A stretch of DNA of 64,000 bases from an uncultured virus (IMG/VR IMGVR_UViG_3300030328_002383) (Duplodnaviria > Heunggongvirae > Uroviricota > Caudoviricetes): IMG/VR virus record IMGVR_UViG_3300030328_002383; one strand, written 5' to 3'. Of this stretch, positions 9,714 through 20,465 are shown piece by piece (within the stretch, counting starts at the first letter, position 1; each line of letters begins with the position of its first letter). The notes below the pieces were generated by a model, which had not been told where the DNA came from, did not search any database, and saw nothing but the letters and a program-made list of their open reading frames with translations. The position numbers were made by a program, and so were the translations under genes.

Positions 9714-12700
9714 TTAACTTGGTTAGGTCGGTTACAGGAAAGTACAATATTTGGATTGCAGGTTACTACGATGACTTTAGCGGTGCTAGAGCGATAGCAG
9801 AAGATAACAACAGTCCTAGTGCAACAGGGACTTACGACCATACAAAGACACACTACGGAAATCCTATGAATGGAGAGGCTACACTAAATCCCAAATACCG
9901 TTGGTCTATTGTAGAAAGGTCACTAGGGACTAATTACGATGCAACCCTTACAGGTACAGGTAATGTTACTAGATATTTACAAAACAACGGCTCTTTTGAA
10001 TATATAGGTCAAGATGTTACAAGAAACAAATCAGATAAATGGGAAGGTAAAGCACAGTTACAATACCCCGATGGTAACGTAGGTAACAAATATAGATACG
10101 GTGGAAGTGGTAGTGACGCATATCAATTATTTACTAACGGTTTCGATACATTAGGTAAATACATAGTCCCTCTAGGTGCTAGTGATTCTACTTTTGGTAG
10201 AACTAACTCTAGCGGGTATGCTGACGGTCAATTCACGGCTAAAACTGCGGGATATGTTGATGCTTCTTATACAGTTTCTTTTACGCAGAAAGCAAACCTC
10301 ATAGGAACTTGGATGGGGGAAACCATGAGGTTCGCTAGTGCTTCTGCAATTTGTCCCGAAAACGTATTTTTCCCAATTACATCCCCTGCATCAAAACCTT
10401 TTTTAGCCATTCAATCATACTATCAAACTGCACCTAGTAGTGGTGTAGTTCCGACAACACCTTCCATTATATACGATGGTTCATTAAACAGTAGGGCAGA
10501 CGGTGACATATTCCACTTTAGAGTAGCAGTTAGGTCTTTTAACGGAAGTACAACATCAGAAGGTAATGCGGGGGCTAATGTTAATGTCATGTTGGGGTTC
10601 ACTAGTCGCATCGGCAGTACATTTGAAGATGGGTTTACTCATAGTAGTAACACCCCCAAAATTAGTTTTAACTTATCTTTGGGCAGTTATGATTCCTATG
10701 GCGTATTATTCAATGGTAACACTACTAAGACATCTTACACCAATGATACCGCTTGGATTGACGTTGATGTTACTTTAGATTATACTAACAGTACCTATGT
10801 AGTATATCAAGACGGTGTGCAAGTAAGTACAGCGTCTTTTACCGCTACTGCTGCTGAGATGTACGGTTATCAAATTACTGCTTACCCCGATGATAACAAA
10901 GACAATTCTGTAATAACTTTAATGTTAGATAGAGTAGCATTATATAGACCTTTGACTAATCATCCGGCAGGTACACAACTTGCACCTATTAAAGATTTCA
11001 AGATTTCTTCTATAGTAAATGGGGTATCTAATTGTAAATTAAATATACAAGATGATGCCGATAATAATAGTGGTAATATAGGATTCGCAGCAGATGATTA
11101 TGATTATACTTTAACCCCTATTTTTGATAGCACTATAACGAGTGATTGGAACTTACTGGTTTTCGCAGCAGGTGGTTACGATTGGGAAAGAGATTCTAGA
11201 ATAGATAGACCACTTTGGAGAGGTATAATAGAAAAGATGAGAATAAAACAAAGTGGTAGAAGTAGAAGTGTTGAGTTACAGGCTAGAGATAATCTATCAT
11301 TACTAGATAGACAAGTACCACTTTGGGAAATAGGGCAAGATGGCCTTAACGATGATGAATCACAAAACCCGTTTTGGTTATATGACGCTCAAGGGTTCAG
11401 CACTCTTATGAACTTTGGTGTCAAACCTCTTAAATTATTAAGTAATGAATTAGGTTTTGATGTTGACGATTCCTTCCTAGAAAGAACAGACCAACGAATG
11501 CAATTGGGTTCGGGGCATCCTATACAAATGTATAACAACGAAGATAGTAATAGTGCCGAGTTCGTAGAAAAACAATATGAGGGGTTAGGCGTTCAAAGTG
11601 TAGGCAGAAGTGGTGCTAACACAATTGTATACATGAGTGGCAACCCTTCGTACACTACTAGTAGTTCTATAACTATAACTGGTTCTGATGTAACACAATA
11701 TAATATTTCTTCGCAGAACCCCAACGCAGTAGGTACTCATACTAATAGAGATAATCAAACAGAGCAAACGCTTTCATTTACACAAACACAGATGCCATAT
11801 CAAGGCTCTGCTAATATTGTATATGCAGGTAGATATGATTGGTCTTTCGGTCAAACAGATTATGAAGATTGGTATAATGGTTTAACCGCAAACGGGTCTT
11901 ATATAATTAGAGGTTCAGATACCGTTCCCTCTTTCCCCGACTATTTTACAGTAGACCAAAGAGTAGATGCTATGAGAATGGTTAATTCAGCACACAGTCA
12001 ATTGAATCTATACATTCTTACTGATAGGTCAACACACCCAACTGCCGACCAATACTCATTCTGTTTTGATGCAGACCCAAACCTAAAAAGATTTGATACG
12101 TTCAGAGTTCCTGTTTACTCTAACCCTAATGGTACAACAAATAATGTACTATCAGACAAAGTACATCATGTAATGTCTGTTAGAAAAATAATGAACTTTC
12201 ACGTTACAAATAATAATAGTATTCATACTGAACTTCATAATGGTAGTAGAGAAAGATGGGTCGTAACAACCAACACCGACTACGCAGAGTTCGGAACTGA
12301 GTTTGGGACATACTACGATGCGAGCGACCCTACTGCTGTAGATGGTTTATTGACCGGAGATGATAGAATATACTATCAGAGTTCAGTTAGTCTTGGTACG
12401 CCTATATCTACTACTTTACCGACAGGCCAAGTTGATTTAAGCCCTAAAGTATCTCAAGCAGTTTGGATGAGAGATTTGCCTAAGTCATTATGGTTTCAAT
12501 ACCATTTTGGGGATATAAAAACTACGACACATATTGACGATACTACAACAGCAGCCTCAGTATCTTCTAACGCTAGTTCAGTACAGATTTCTTCCGCTAC
12601 AAAAACAGCGTTAGATAACGCAAGCGTATCTAGTGGTGTTGCCGAATTAGGTGGTATTGATTTATTTGTTTTCAAGGGCGTTACAACAGTCGGTAGCGAC

Positions 12701-15700
12701 CATTACTTAGTCGGCTGTCAATTTATTAGTCACGGTCATAGTAGTGGTGTAGCGTTAAAGTTCCCACAGATAAATAATGACTACAAGCACATTTGGTTGT
12801 TGTGGTCGGACATGAGAAACAATGGGAGAGCAGATGCAGATGCCGGAACTAGAACTAAAAGGTTCGGATTACTAAACCCAACATCTAGTAACTATGAAGT
12901 AAATATCTTTTTCAAAGACCAAGTAAACGCTGAGAATCAAAAAGATTTATTCACAACATTAAAGATTGGGGAAGATGTAGATATGTGGTCTGTTGATTCT
13001 ACGATAGACCCTACTACCTTAGCACAGTATTCCTACCCAATAGATTATGATAATCCTTTGGCGGTAACTGGTATAGCGGCAGTTAGTGGTGGAACTTATG
13101 ATGGAAAACTACAAGTGACACACGGTTCAGCACATTCATTGACTACTAGTGATTATCTAGCCCTTTACAATACTACTTCACATGACGGTGTGTATGCTAT
13201 ACTAAATGTTCCTAGCACTACCACAGTTATATTAGACAAAGTATTTGGTAGTGCTGATTCCGGTAAAACAGGGGGTATTCTATCTGCTAAGACAACAGGT
13301 ACTTCTATACTAAGTAATACCCATTTCAAAGATTGGCATAATAAAGGTGGTGCGTTTTTAGTTGTAGACGCTGCTAAGTTTTTCAATATTAATACTGCTG
13401 CTAACAACGGTAAAGTAGGTCAAGCAGCAGGTGGTAAAACTACGTTGGGTGATTATACCGCAACTGTTAGAGGATTCCCCGAACTAATAGATAATTACTG
13501 GTCGGAGGCAATCTCAACATCTGCTAACACAGGTAATTTATACAGAGAACATCCTAATAAATATTTAATTAGAAATGAATCTGTTTTAACAAATGGCAAC
13601 TTAAAGGCAGGTGATTTCTTTCTTTGTATAAATACAGATGATTTTGATAATAGTGGTTACGGTAGAATTGTAGCAGTACAAAATGATGGTGATAATAACC
13701 AAACTAAAAAAGAAGATTTCTTTGGTTGGAAGGATAAAAACGCCACAGAAAGAACTGGTACTGTAACTGGTTATGGCTACTCTCACAGCAACGCTACATT
13801 TAACTTAACAGACAGTAGTGCCACTTTTGAAACTTGGGGTATAAAGAAAGGTATGTATATTATCAATACTACAAACGCTAATAAGATTATAGAAACTTCA
13901 TACTCAGCCCCTTATGCTGTTCAATTTTACTCTAATCGTGGTAGATACAGAATTAAGGAAGTTGTAAGTGAAACTCAAATTAAAGTAGAATTAACCTACA
14001 AGGGCAGTCTCCTTTTTGGTAGAGTTGTAAAGTCACCTTTAACAAGTGATTTGACGAGTAATAGATGGGCTGTAAACGATACATACCTTATACCGGAACA
14101 CCTTGCAGGTGTTTCTACTTTCACTAAAGGTTCTTTAGCGATTAGTGCGGATAGTACATTAGATGAAATTAGAACAGAAATAGAAAAGTTGTATGAAACT
14201 CTTTGTGGTGATACCACAATACCTCAGAGATATGTAACTCACGACTATACTACTTCTACTAAATTGGCAAGTAATGGTACACTAAGTTTAGACGATAAGT
14301 TAGACCCCGCCATCAATTATGACTTTGTATCAATTAGCAATACTTTAGCCCCTAAACATTTAATGGACTTAATGATGTATATTGATGGGTTTGTTGAAAG
14401 TAGAACTAGTAATACATATTTCGACCACGATAAGTTTAGAGCGTTATGGACTGCCGCGACTATGAAAACTTGGTTGCCTCAAACTAGACTATCCACTACT
14501 TACGATATTAATAATATACCCATAACAGAAAATATGACAACGGATGGTGGAACAGTAAATCTTGATAATTATGGGGGGCAGTACGATAGTAGGACACAGG
14601 ACTTCCTAAAGATAATTCAAAATATACAAAAACGCTCTAGTCAAGGGAAAGACAATTCTATAAGTACAAGTTTTTCTTATCTGCAAGGTAGGGATGGTAA
14701 GATAGAATACAGACCAAAATATAATAGCGGCCATAGTTTTACTAGAAATAATTTAGCGATAAGCGATTTAGACGGGAACATAGCAGGTAAAGTAGAAAAT
14801 GTAAGAGTATATTACAGGAACGGGGTTTCGTTTGTTGACTACCCTAAACCCGCATTATCAGACACTACTAGATGGAAGATATTACAGCAACCTAAAGTCC
14901 AATCGGATTTCGAGGCTTTAAGTATAGCACAAAAAGAATACAACTCACAAAAGAATCCTAGACTAAGTATAAAAGCAAGACCCATGAAGGTTAGTGAACA
15001 ATTTAATGGTTCGTCTAGGGTAGTTGCAGACACTATGTTGGATGGTGGTAGGTTCGGTTACATATCAGACCCTCAGAGAGTTATACAAGGTTACGATGAT
15101 TTATCACAAGCAGATGCTTATTCATGGACTAGGTTAGGTACAGGTGGTACTTTCTTTGGGGGTATGGTAAATGCTATAGATGGTAACATGGATGACGCTT
15201 CAAACATTTACGATAGGTTTGGTAATTCTAGTACCGCTTCCCCCACGTCTACTATAACTTGGGATAATAATTATTATTGGTATGGTGCAAACAGTTTGAG
15301 TTATGCAGTACAGATAGTGCATATACCAAAGTATATGCCAAAAGTAAATAGTAATGGTGAACCACTAAGAATGGCTATATCTATACAAAGCGGAACTACT
15401 ATTGATGACGCAGTATTTAGATTGCACTTGTTAGATTACACATTCAACGAGACAGACCAAAATAGTGAAAGTGGCTCACCTACTTTGGCCGCTACCGCAC
15501 CTAGCAATTCTTGGAAGTATGTAGATATGAAAGGTAGTGGTTTCCATGAGATAGAAGTACCTAGCACATATTGGGCTAGTACCGGACAGGCTTCGGGAAT
15601 AAAAATAATAGTTAGTTTCAACGCTGAATATTGTAGGGCATTACTACGACACAGATGTGGCGACCCTACTAGTGCTAACATTTTGAAGAACGCTAACACA

Positions 15701-16849
15701 ATTACAGGAACTACTGGGGTAACTACTGGCAACACTAACAGTATTTTCCCTCTAGGTATGAGAAAATACACAGAGTTGAAAGGGTATGCAGATACTAGGG
15801 CTGAATGGTATGCACCTAGATTATTAATTACTGACGATTTAGTCTATGTACCTGCTACATATGTTACATATACAGATAAAGGACTTGGTTTGACTAATGA
15901 AGTATTAACTATACAAAAAGTAGATTGGTCGGTCACAGCAGAAGGTTTGGAAAAGGTAGAGTTACGATTGGAAAGAGATGAGTCACTTTCGGCAGCAGGT
16001 GTATTACCATATATATTTTCGGGAATGGGTACGGAACACATGACACCATTAGGAAGTGCCAGTATAGACACCGGAAATAATACAGGGATTGGTGGTGGTA
16101 CATATTCCCCTCCTAGTGGAGACAGTAGTGGTATAATAGATGTTGATTTAGAAAACCCTAGTGGTGGGTTCGTACCACCTGCTGAAAACGGTGGTTCAAG
16201 AACTAAACCCGTTATTGGCGTAGGGGATTTAAGCAGTACGATGTTTAATACTATTAAAGATAGAGGGTCACTTTCAGATTCGGCACTATCATACAATAAT
16301 AAGTTCTCAATTTTAGGTCAAAAGAAGCCATCTAAGCGACCTTCTGCTATGAAGGCTACCGAGGGACTAGGGCAGACGATAACGCCCTCCACAGGCTCTC
16401 TAACGGTAACAAATAAAGGTATATCATTTGGTGGTGCAGGTCATCCCGAAGATAACGCACAACCAAACACAAGCACTACCTTTTTTATGAATAGCCCTAA
16501 TGATGTACTTACAGATGAAATTACTATAAGTGCTAAAGTAAATATGGGAACACAGACACAAATAACAACGGGCGTTCTTATAATCAAGGCTGAATGTTTA
16601 GAAACTGGGGATAGTGTTTCTAACTCTGTTTTAGTAAGAAGTAATACTGAAAATACTATTAACTTGTTAAACGCTAATTTATCCGGTGTGAAAAGAGCAG
16701 GTAACACTACAAAGATTACCATAAGTAGAAATGCAGGGCAGAACAGCGATACTGCAACAACTATGTCAATTAACGTAAGTGACATACAAGTAAACTATCG
16801 CAGGGCTGCGGTATTCTCAGATAGTGGAACATCCACATTTACTAATTAG
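9710..16849 (+). CDS. Giant (2379 aa) tail tip/baseplate-hub and adhesin protein
   Basis: Directly after tape measure; hub-like LWRGIIEK...ELQARD segment, Ser/Thr/Gly-rich beta domains, C-terminal hub motifs. Confidence 0.7.
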   Translation: MINLVRSVTGKYNIWIAGYYDDFSGARAIAEDNNSPSATGTYDHTKTHYGNPMNGEATLNPKYRWSIVERSLGTNYDATLTGTGNVTRYLQNNGSFEYIGQDVTRNKSDKWEGKAQLQYPDGNVGNKYRYGGSGSDAYQLFTNGFDTLGKYIVPLGASDSTFGRTNSSGYADGQFTAKTAGYVDASYTVSFTQKANLIGTWMGETMRFASASAICPENVFFPITSPASKPFLAIQSYYQTAPSSGVVPTTPSIIYDGSLNSRADGDIFHFRVAVRSFNGSTTSEGNAGANVNVMLGFTSRIGSTFEDGFTHSSNTPKISFNLSLGSYDSYGVLFNGNTTKTSYTNDTAWIDVDVTLDYTNSTYVVYQDGVQVSTASFTATAAEMYGYQITAYPDDNKDNSVITLMLDRVALYRPLTNHPAGTQLAPIKDFKISSIVNGVSNCKLNIQDDADNNSGNIGFAADDYDYTLTPIFDSTITSDWNLLVFAAGGYDWERDSRIDRPLWRGIIEKMRIKQSGRSRSVELQARDNLSLLDRQVPLWEIGQDGLNDDESQNPFWLYDAQGFSTLMNFGVKPLKLLSNELGFDVDDSFLERTDQRMQLGSGHPIQMYNNEDSNSAEFVEKQYEGLGVQSVGRSGANTIVYMSGNPSYTTSSSITITGSDVTQYNISSQNPNAVGTHTNRDNQTEQTLSFTQTQMPYQGSANIVYAGRYDWSFGQTDYEDWYNGLTANGSYIIRGSDTVPSFPDYFTVDQRVDAMRMVNSAHSQLNLYILTDRSTHPTADQYSFCFDADPNLKRFDTFRVPVYSNPNGTTNNVLSDKVHHVMSVRKIMNFHVTNNNSIHTELHNGSRERWVVTTNTDYAEFGTEFGTYYDASDPTAVDGLLTGDDRIYYQSSVSLGTPISTTLPTGQVDLSPKVSQAVWMRDLPKSLWFQYHFGDIKTTTHIDDTTTAASVSSNASSVQISSATKTALDNASVSSGVAELGGIDLFVFKGVTTVGSDHYLVGCQFISHGHSSGVALKFPQINNDYKHIWLLWSDMRNNGRADADAGTRTKRFGLLNPTSSNYEVNIFFKDQVNAENQKDLFTTLKIGEDVDMWSVDSTIDPTTLAQYSYPIDYDNPLAVTGIAAVSGGTYDGKLQVTHGSAHSLTTSDYLALYNTTSHDGVYAILNVPSTTTVILDKVFGSADSGKTGGILSAKTTGTSILSNTHFKDWHNKGGAFLVVDAAKFFNINTAANNGKVGQAAGGKTTLGDYTATVRGFPELIDNYWSEAISTSANTGNLYREHPNKYLIRNESVLTNGNLKAGDFFLCINTDDFDNSGYGRIVAVQNDGDNNQTKKEDFFGWKDKNATERTGTVTGYGYSHSNATFNLTDSSATFETWGIKKGMYIINTTNANKIIETSYSAPYAVQFYSNRGRYRIKEVVSETQIKVELTYKGSLLFGRVVKSPLTSDLTSNRWAVNDTYLIPEHLAGVSTFTKGSLAISADSTLDEIRTEIEKLYETLCGDTTIPQRYVTHDYTTSTKLASNGTLSLDDKLDPAINYDFVSISNTLAPKHLMDLMMYIDGFVESRTSNTYFDHDKFRALWTAATMKTWLPQTRLSTTYDINNIPITENMTTDGGTVNLDNYGGQYDSRTQDFLKIIQNIQKRSSQGKDNSISTSFSYLQGRDGKIEYRPKYNSGHSFTRNNLAISDLDGNIAGKVENVRVYYRNGVSFVDYPKPALSDTTRWKILQQPKVQSDFEALSIAQKEYNSQKNPRLSIKARPMKVSEQFNGSSRVVADTMLDGGRFGYISDPQRVIQGYDDLSQADAYSWTRLGTGGTFFGGMVNAIDGNMDDASNIYDRFGNSSTASPTSTITWDNNYYWYGANSLSYAVQIVHIPKYMPKVNSNGEPLRMAISIQSGTTIDDAVFRLHLLDYTFNETDQNSESGSPTLAATAPSNSWKYVDMKGSGFHEIEVPSTYWASTGQASGIKIIVSFNAEYCRALLRHRCGDPTSANILKNANTITGTTGVTTGNTNSIFPLGMRKYTELKGYADTRAEWYAPRLLITDDLVYVPATYVTYTDKGLGLTNEVLTIQKVDWSVTAEGLEKVELRLERDESLSAAGVLPYIFSGMGTEHMTPLGSASIDTGNNTGIGGGTYSPPSGDSSGIIDVDLENPSGGFVPPAENGGSRTKPVIGVGDLSSTMFNTIKDRGSLSDSALSYNNKFSILGQKKPSKRPSAMKATEGLGQTITPSTGSLTVTNKGISFGGAGHPEDNAQPNTSTTFFMNSPNDVLTDEITISAKVNMGTQTQITTGVLIIKAECLETGDSVSNSVLVRSNTENTINLLNANLSGVKRAGNTTKITISRNAGQNSDTATTMSINVSDIQVNYRRAAVFSDSGTSTFTN

Positions 16850-17612
16850 AGTATTTATCTCTAAGGGCTAAAATATCTTTAGCACGACCCCTACCTATAC
16901 CTTGTACTTCCATAAGACTTTTCTGAGTAGTCTTAGAATTAAGTATCTTAGGTATAGAGCCAAACTTATCAAGTAGTTTCTCAGCCGCTTCTACTGATAC
17001 ACCTTCTATACTAGAAAGAGCCTTGATTCTATTGTCTAACTTTTTCATATCGTGTATCTTTTTTTCTTTAGCGGGTAATTTATCTCTTGTTACCGCACCC
17101 TGTATTGACATCTGAGTGTGATTAGTTACTAACCAATCACAGAAGTCATCCATACTTAACAGTTCCATATATTTAATTTTAGGAAACCTTTGGTAGAATT
17201 GCATCTTGAATGTCTGATTAACCTTCTTCATTCTAGCCAGTTCGATAGCCATAGACTTAGAGTTAGGTGTTCCTTTACCTACGACATACGGTTTGTATTT
17301 AGTTCCATATACAACTAAGATAGGATTCTCAAAGTCATCTTGTAAATCACGAAGTTGGTCTAAAATAGTACGGTTTCTACCCATACCTATTATACTTCTA
17401 TACAGGTCATTGATTTCCTTTGCTTCTATACCCCATGTACCCATAGCGTAGTCACCAGTCGGCAATCTCCTAATTTTCATGTTGCCGTCTTTACCCAAAT
17501 CGGCATCACCTAAACGCATCAATAGTTTAGCCTTTATTTTTTCATTTTCCCTATCGTCAACTAGAAGCACAAAAAATACTATTGGGATATTGTATTTAAG
17601 CCGTTCCATCAT
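16842..17612 (-). CDS. ERCC4/XPF (Hef-like) structure-specific nuclease with C-terminal HhH motifs
   Basis: VDDRE, LPTGDY, IEAK..DL..SI motifs; IEGVS/VQGIG HhH. Real start probably near 17570. Confidence 0.85.
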   Translation of the reverse strand: MMERLKYNIPIVFFVLLVDDRENEKIKAKLLMRLGDADLGKDGNMKIRRLPTGDYAMGTWGIEAKEINDLYRSIIGMGRNRTILDQLRDLQDDFENPILVVYGTKYKPYVVGKGTPNSKSMAIELARMKKVNQTFKMQFYQRFPKIKYMELLSMDDFCDWLVTNHTQMSIQGAVTRDKLPAKEKKIHDMKKLDNRIKALSSIEGVSVEAAEKLLDKFGSIPKILNSKTTQKSLMEVQGIGRGRAKDILALRDKYSN

Positions 17613-18606
17613 CTCGCCAACAAGAGCCTACACAAAGACCTCTAGCCTTTATCCAAGCACAAGAAGGTGCATTATCATAATTAATAATACTTTCAACGTG
17701 AAACTTACTTGTGTTTCTATTAAAATCTCTCCAATTCAAAGATTCAAGATAATCAACTATTGATTCTACCATAATTTTCTTATCACTAATAGATACAGTT
17801 TCTACTGGGGCGAACCATCTAAGGTTTTCGGCAAGGTGCTGTACTAATGCCAGTCTAACTTCGTGTCTAGGATTTTCTACTTTAGTAGCACTATCTAAAC
17901 AAGGTGGTATAGGTATCTGTTTCATAGTTCCTATCTCGCCATCGAAAACCAAATTATTATGCACCGTCAATTGTATAGGGTTATTCGCTACCCATTTTAC
18001 TATACTAAAAGAAGAGTTAGGTGTATCTCCCACAAAGGGGTCATTCTTACTTAGAGTGGGGTCGGGTCTTATAGGTATTACATATCCCAATGGGTCAGCC
18101 ATGAATGCTTCCTTATCCACATTAACAGCCCACTTACCTCTAGTTATATTGTATGTGTCCGGCACTCTAGTTAGTTTCTGAGGATGACCTACACCATCTA
18201 ATGTGTTTAGTCCTTTACTCATCTTTCTTTGGTATCTATCAATATGTTTAACCATAGACGTACCAAACACTTTCTTTTCAAAGAACTGATGTATATGAAA
18301 ACCCCTACCTGTAAAAACTAATCTTACATCACCTTCTAATCTATTTAATAACTTAACAACATCTAACTTTACATCATTCAAAGTACCGCCTTCTAGCATA
18401 TCAAAATCCCACCATGCCCTATCTATTATGACAGATTCTAAATCCGGTTTCCATGACCTAACAGGGTCTAACCTCTCAAAATTATAAAGAGAAGTATAAC
18501 AAGATGCTTTACCGTTTATTTTATTTATGTAGTTATCATATTCCTGTTGTGAACGGCAAAGTCTACGCTTCAAGCCAATCTCTCTAGGAAATAATAACAT
18601 AGTCAT
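17596..18606 (-). CDS. Archaeo-eukaryotic primase, PriS fused to PriL-like Fe-S C-terminal domain
   Basis: WDFD, TGRGFH, RVPDTYN AEP motifs; C-terminal PPC...H..R...PSC..I...GLC...C. Confidence 0.85.
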   Translation of the reverse strand: MTMLLFPREIGLKRRLCRSQQEYDNYINKINGKASCYTSLYNFERLDPVRSWKPDLESVIIDRAWWDFDMLEGGTLNDVKLDVVKLLNRLEGDVRLVFTGRGFHIHQFFEKKVFGTSMVKHIDRYQRKMSKGLNTLDGVGHPQKLTRVPDTYNITRGKWAVNVDKEAFMADPLGYVIPIRPDPTLSKNDPFVGDTPNSSFSIVKWVANNPIQLTVHNNLVFDGEIGTMKQIPIPPCLDSATKVENPRHEVRLALVQHLAENLRWFAPVETVSISDKKIMVESIVDYLESLNWRDFNRNTSKFHVESIINYDNAPSCAWIKARGLCVGSCWRDDGTA

Positions 18607-18610
18607 ATTA

Positions 18611-18760
18611 TCACGCCTTTTGTTGGTGGCCGCATCTACAGGTAAGAACTTGTATAACTTCATACACCCCACCTACCTGTCCTGTTACTCTAGCCATCTC
18701 TTCCATATTTATCCAATCGGTATTACCACAATTATTACATTCATCATTACTAAAACTCAT
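18611..18760 (-). CDS. 49-aa zinc-ribbon protein (not in ORF track)
   Basis: MSFSNDECNNCGNTDW...LTCRCGHQQKA; ATGA overlap with the upstream gene. Confidence 0.65.
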   Translation of the reverse strand: MSFSNDECNNCGNTDWINMEEMARVTGQVGGVYEVIQVLTCRCGHQQKA

Positions 18761-19593
18761 ATTATACTCTCCGTATATCCCGTCAATTCAGCCTCACAAT
18801 TAAGATTAAAGTCACACCAAATAGGGCAGAAATAGTCATTCCATTTCATAGGCCATTGTTGGGCTACTAGTGATTCAATAGTGTTACTTAATGATTTGTC
18901 GAATGCCTTAATTGACCTAGTAGAAACTTGTTCCAAAAGAGCGTAGCCACCGTACTTTCCTTCAAAGACAGTTTTATTTCTCTTCTCTCCCTCTGCCAAT
19001 AATTTACATTCCCATGCGTTTTCATCTTTCTCATAATCGGGAAGGATATATAAAAAATGAGTTACCTCTGCATAATCCATAAGACCTAACAGTCGAAGGT
19101 AGTAAACCATTTCCTTTCGTGTGCGATTTATTTTACCTATGTTAGCAGTACCCGTTTTCAATTCAACAATAGTGAGTGTGCCATCGGGGTTACGAATAAC
19201 ACCGTCAATCATACCTACCCATATTACATCATAACCTTGATAGTTTTCATGTACTTCATGTTTAGCCTCGGCCTCAACCAAATCTAAACCTTCCATATGG
19301 GCTGCTATCTGATGAACTAAATCAGCCATTCTGATGACCGCAGGGTCGGACTCTACATTCAATTGTTGGGAGGTTATATTCATAGCCTCTTCACCTTCTA
19401 AAAGCCCCGCTTCTAGTACAGAGTGTATAGCAGTACCTCTAATCATTTCCTCAGAAGGTGGCGGTCTAGGTACACCACTAACGTAGTTCCAATAGAACTG
19501 TCTAGGACATTTCATGTATGTGATTAAGGATGATTTACTTACCCTCAAATATCCTTCGTCAGAAGGGTTGTAAGATGAACTACTCTTCTTCAT
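18757..19593 (-). CDS. Cas4-like/RecB-type PD-(D/E)xK exonuclease with Fe-S cysteines
   Basis: SKSSL...CPRQF, RGTAIH, GMIDG, VELKTG, C-terminal C..WC....C. Confidence 0.85.
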   Translation of the reverse strand: MKKSSSSYNPSDEGYLRVSKSSLITYMKCPRQFYWNYVSGVPRPPPSEEMIRGTAIHSVLEAGLLEGEEAMNITSQQLNVESDPAVIRMADLVHQIAAHMEGLDLVEAEAKHEVHENYQGYDVIWVGMIDGVIRNPDGTLTIVELKTGTANIGKINRTRKEMVYYLRLLGLMDYAEVTHFLYILPDYEKDENAWECKLLAEGEKRNKTVFEGKYGGYALLEQVSTRSIKAFDKSLSNTIESLVAQQWPMKWNDYFCPIWCDFNLNCEAELTGYTESII

Positions 19594-19825
19594 CGGAAGC
19601 ACCCTCTTGCGGGGCTTCCCAGTCCGGTAGTTCAGACAGTACAGCGAGATATTCTGATTCGTCTATCTCACTTTCTAATGCAAGTAAATTGCCCCTTAAC
19701 ATACCTGCTCTAATTCCTATTCTTTCATTTACGGATGACGTTTGCCACCAAACTCTATCAGCACCATACATCTGTATGGCTGCTTCCAAAACTTGAAGTG
19801 ACCCTGTAACTAATATCTTATCCAT
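19580..19825 (-). CDS. Hypothetical protein
   Basis: GGAGATGA RBS, upstream TTTATTAA box, overlaps the next gene. Confidence 0.6.
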   Translation of the reverse strand: MDKILVTGSLQVLEAAIQMYGADRVWWQTSSVNERIGIRAGMLRGNLLALESEIDESEYLAVLSELPDWEAPQEGASDEEE

Positions 19826-20120
19826 GTCATTTCATCTCCTATATGTTTAATAAATATTGTTGGCTTATCCGACTTTTTAATACTCTATTGTTTATCAGAA
19901 CAGTTGCGTTTTCATCTATATGCCCTACGTCATATACGGGATTACTTTAATGGACTTACCCTTTATCTCCAACAACTTACGGTTTGGGCGTTATAATCTA
20001 ATCTCTCTCCGACCCTTCAACGGTTTTATTATCATACCTGTTTCTTTATCCCGTTCTGTGTATACTGGTTACGGTTTTGGGCTACCACCTATTTATGTAG
20101 CCTCGCCAACTCTCTAATAT

Positions 20121-20459
20121 TTATTCTTCCTCCTGTGTTATGCCATTATCCCAATCGTGTACTTTGGTTTGGTTAGCATCACCAAACTCATATTCCTTAC
20201 CACATTGAGGACAGGTAGTATCTAGTTCAACGTGTTCTAGTTTAGGGATTAAAGTAGTAAACCCACACTCACATTCATATTCTTCGATTAAGTTATCTTT
20301 CTTCATCAATGCTAAAACTAACATATTTAGTTTATTCAAATCAGACATAACTGTCGAACTAAAACTTGTTAGGAATCCACCAATTTCTTGTAGACCCTGT
20401 TCATGTTTTTCTAGCATTTCCTTCATCTCATCTTTCTTCATACTACCACCTTTTCGCAT
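20121..20459 (-). CDS. Coiled-coil plus zinc-ribbon protein with PIP-box-like motif
   Basis: CECG...CPQCG; C-terminal QTKVHDW. Confidence 0.6.
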   Translation of the reverse strand: MRKGGSMKKDEMKEMLEKHEQGLQEIGGFLTSFSSTVMSDLNKLNMLVLALMKKDNLIEEYECECGFTTLIPKLEHVELDTTCPQCGKEYEFGDANQTKVHDWDNGITQEEE

Positions 20460-20465
20460 ATTATC

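Noticed and set aside
18757..19593. Cas4 as part of a CRISPR-Cas system
   Set aside because: Solo Cas4-like nucleases are common in viral replication modules; no cas1/cas2 or true array is present
19920..20117. 65-aa plus-strand ORF
   Set aside because: Antisense to the operon, no RBS, atypical composition
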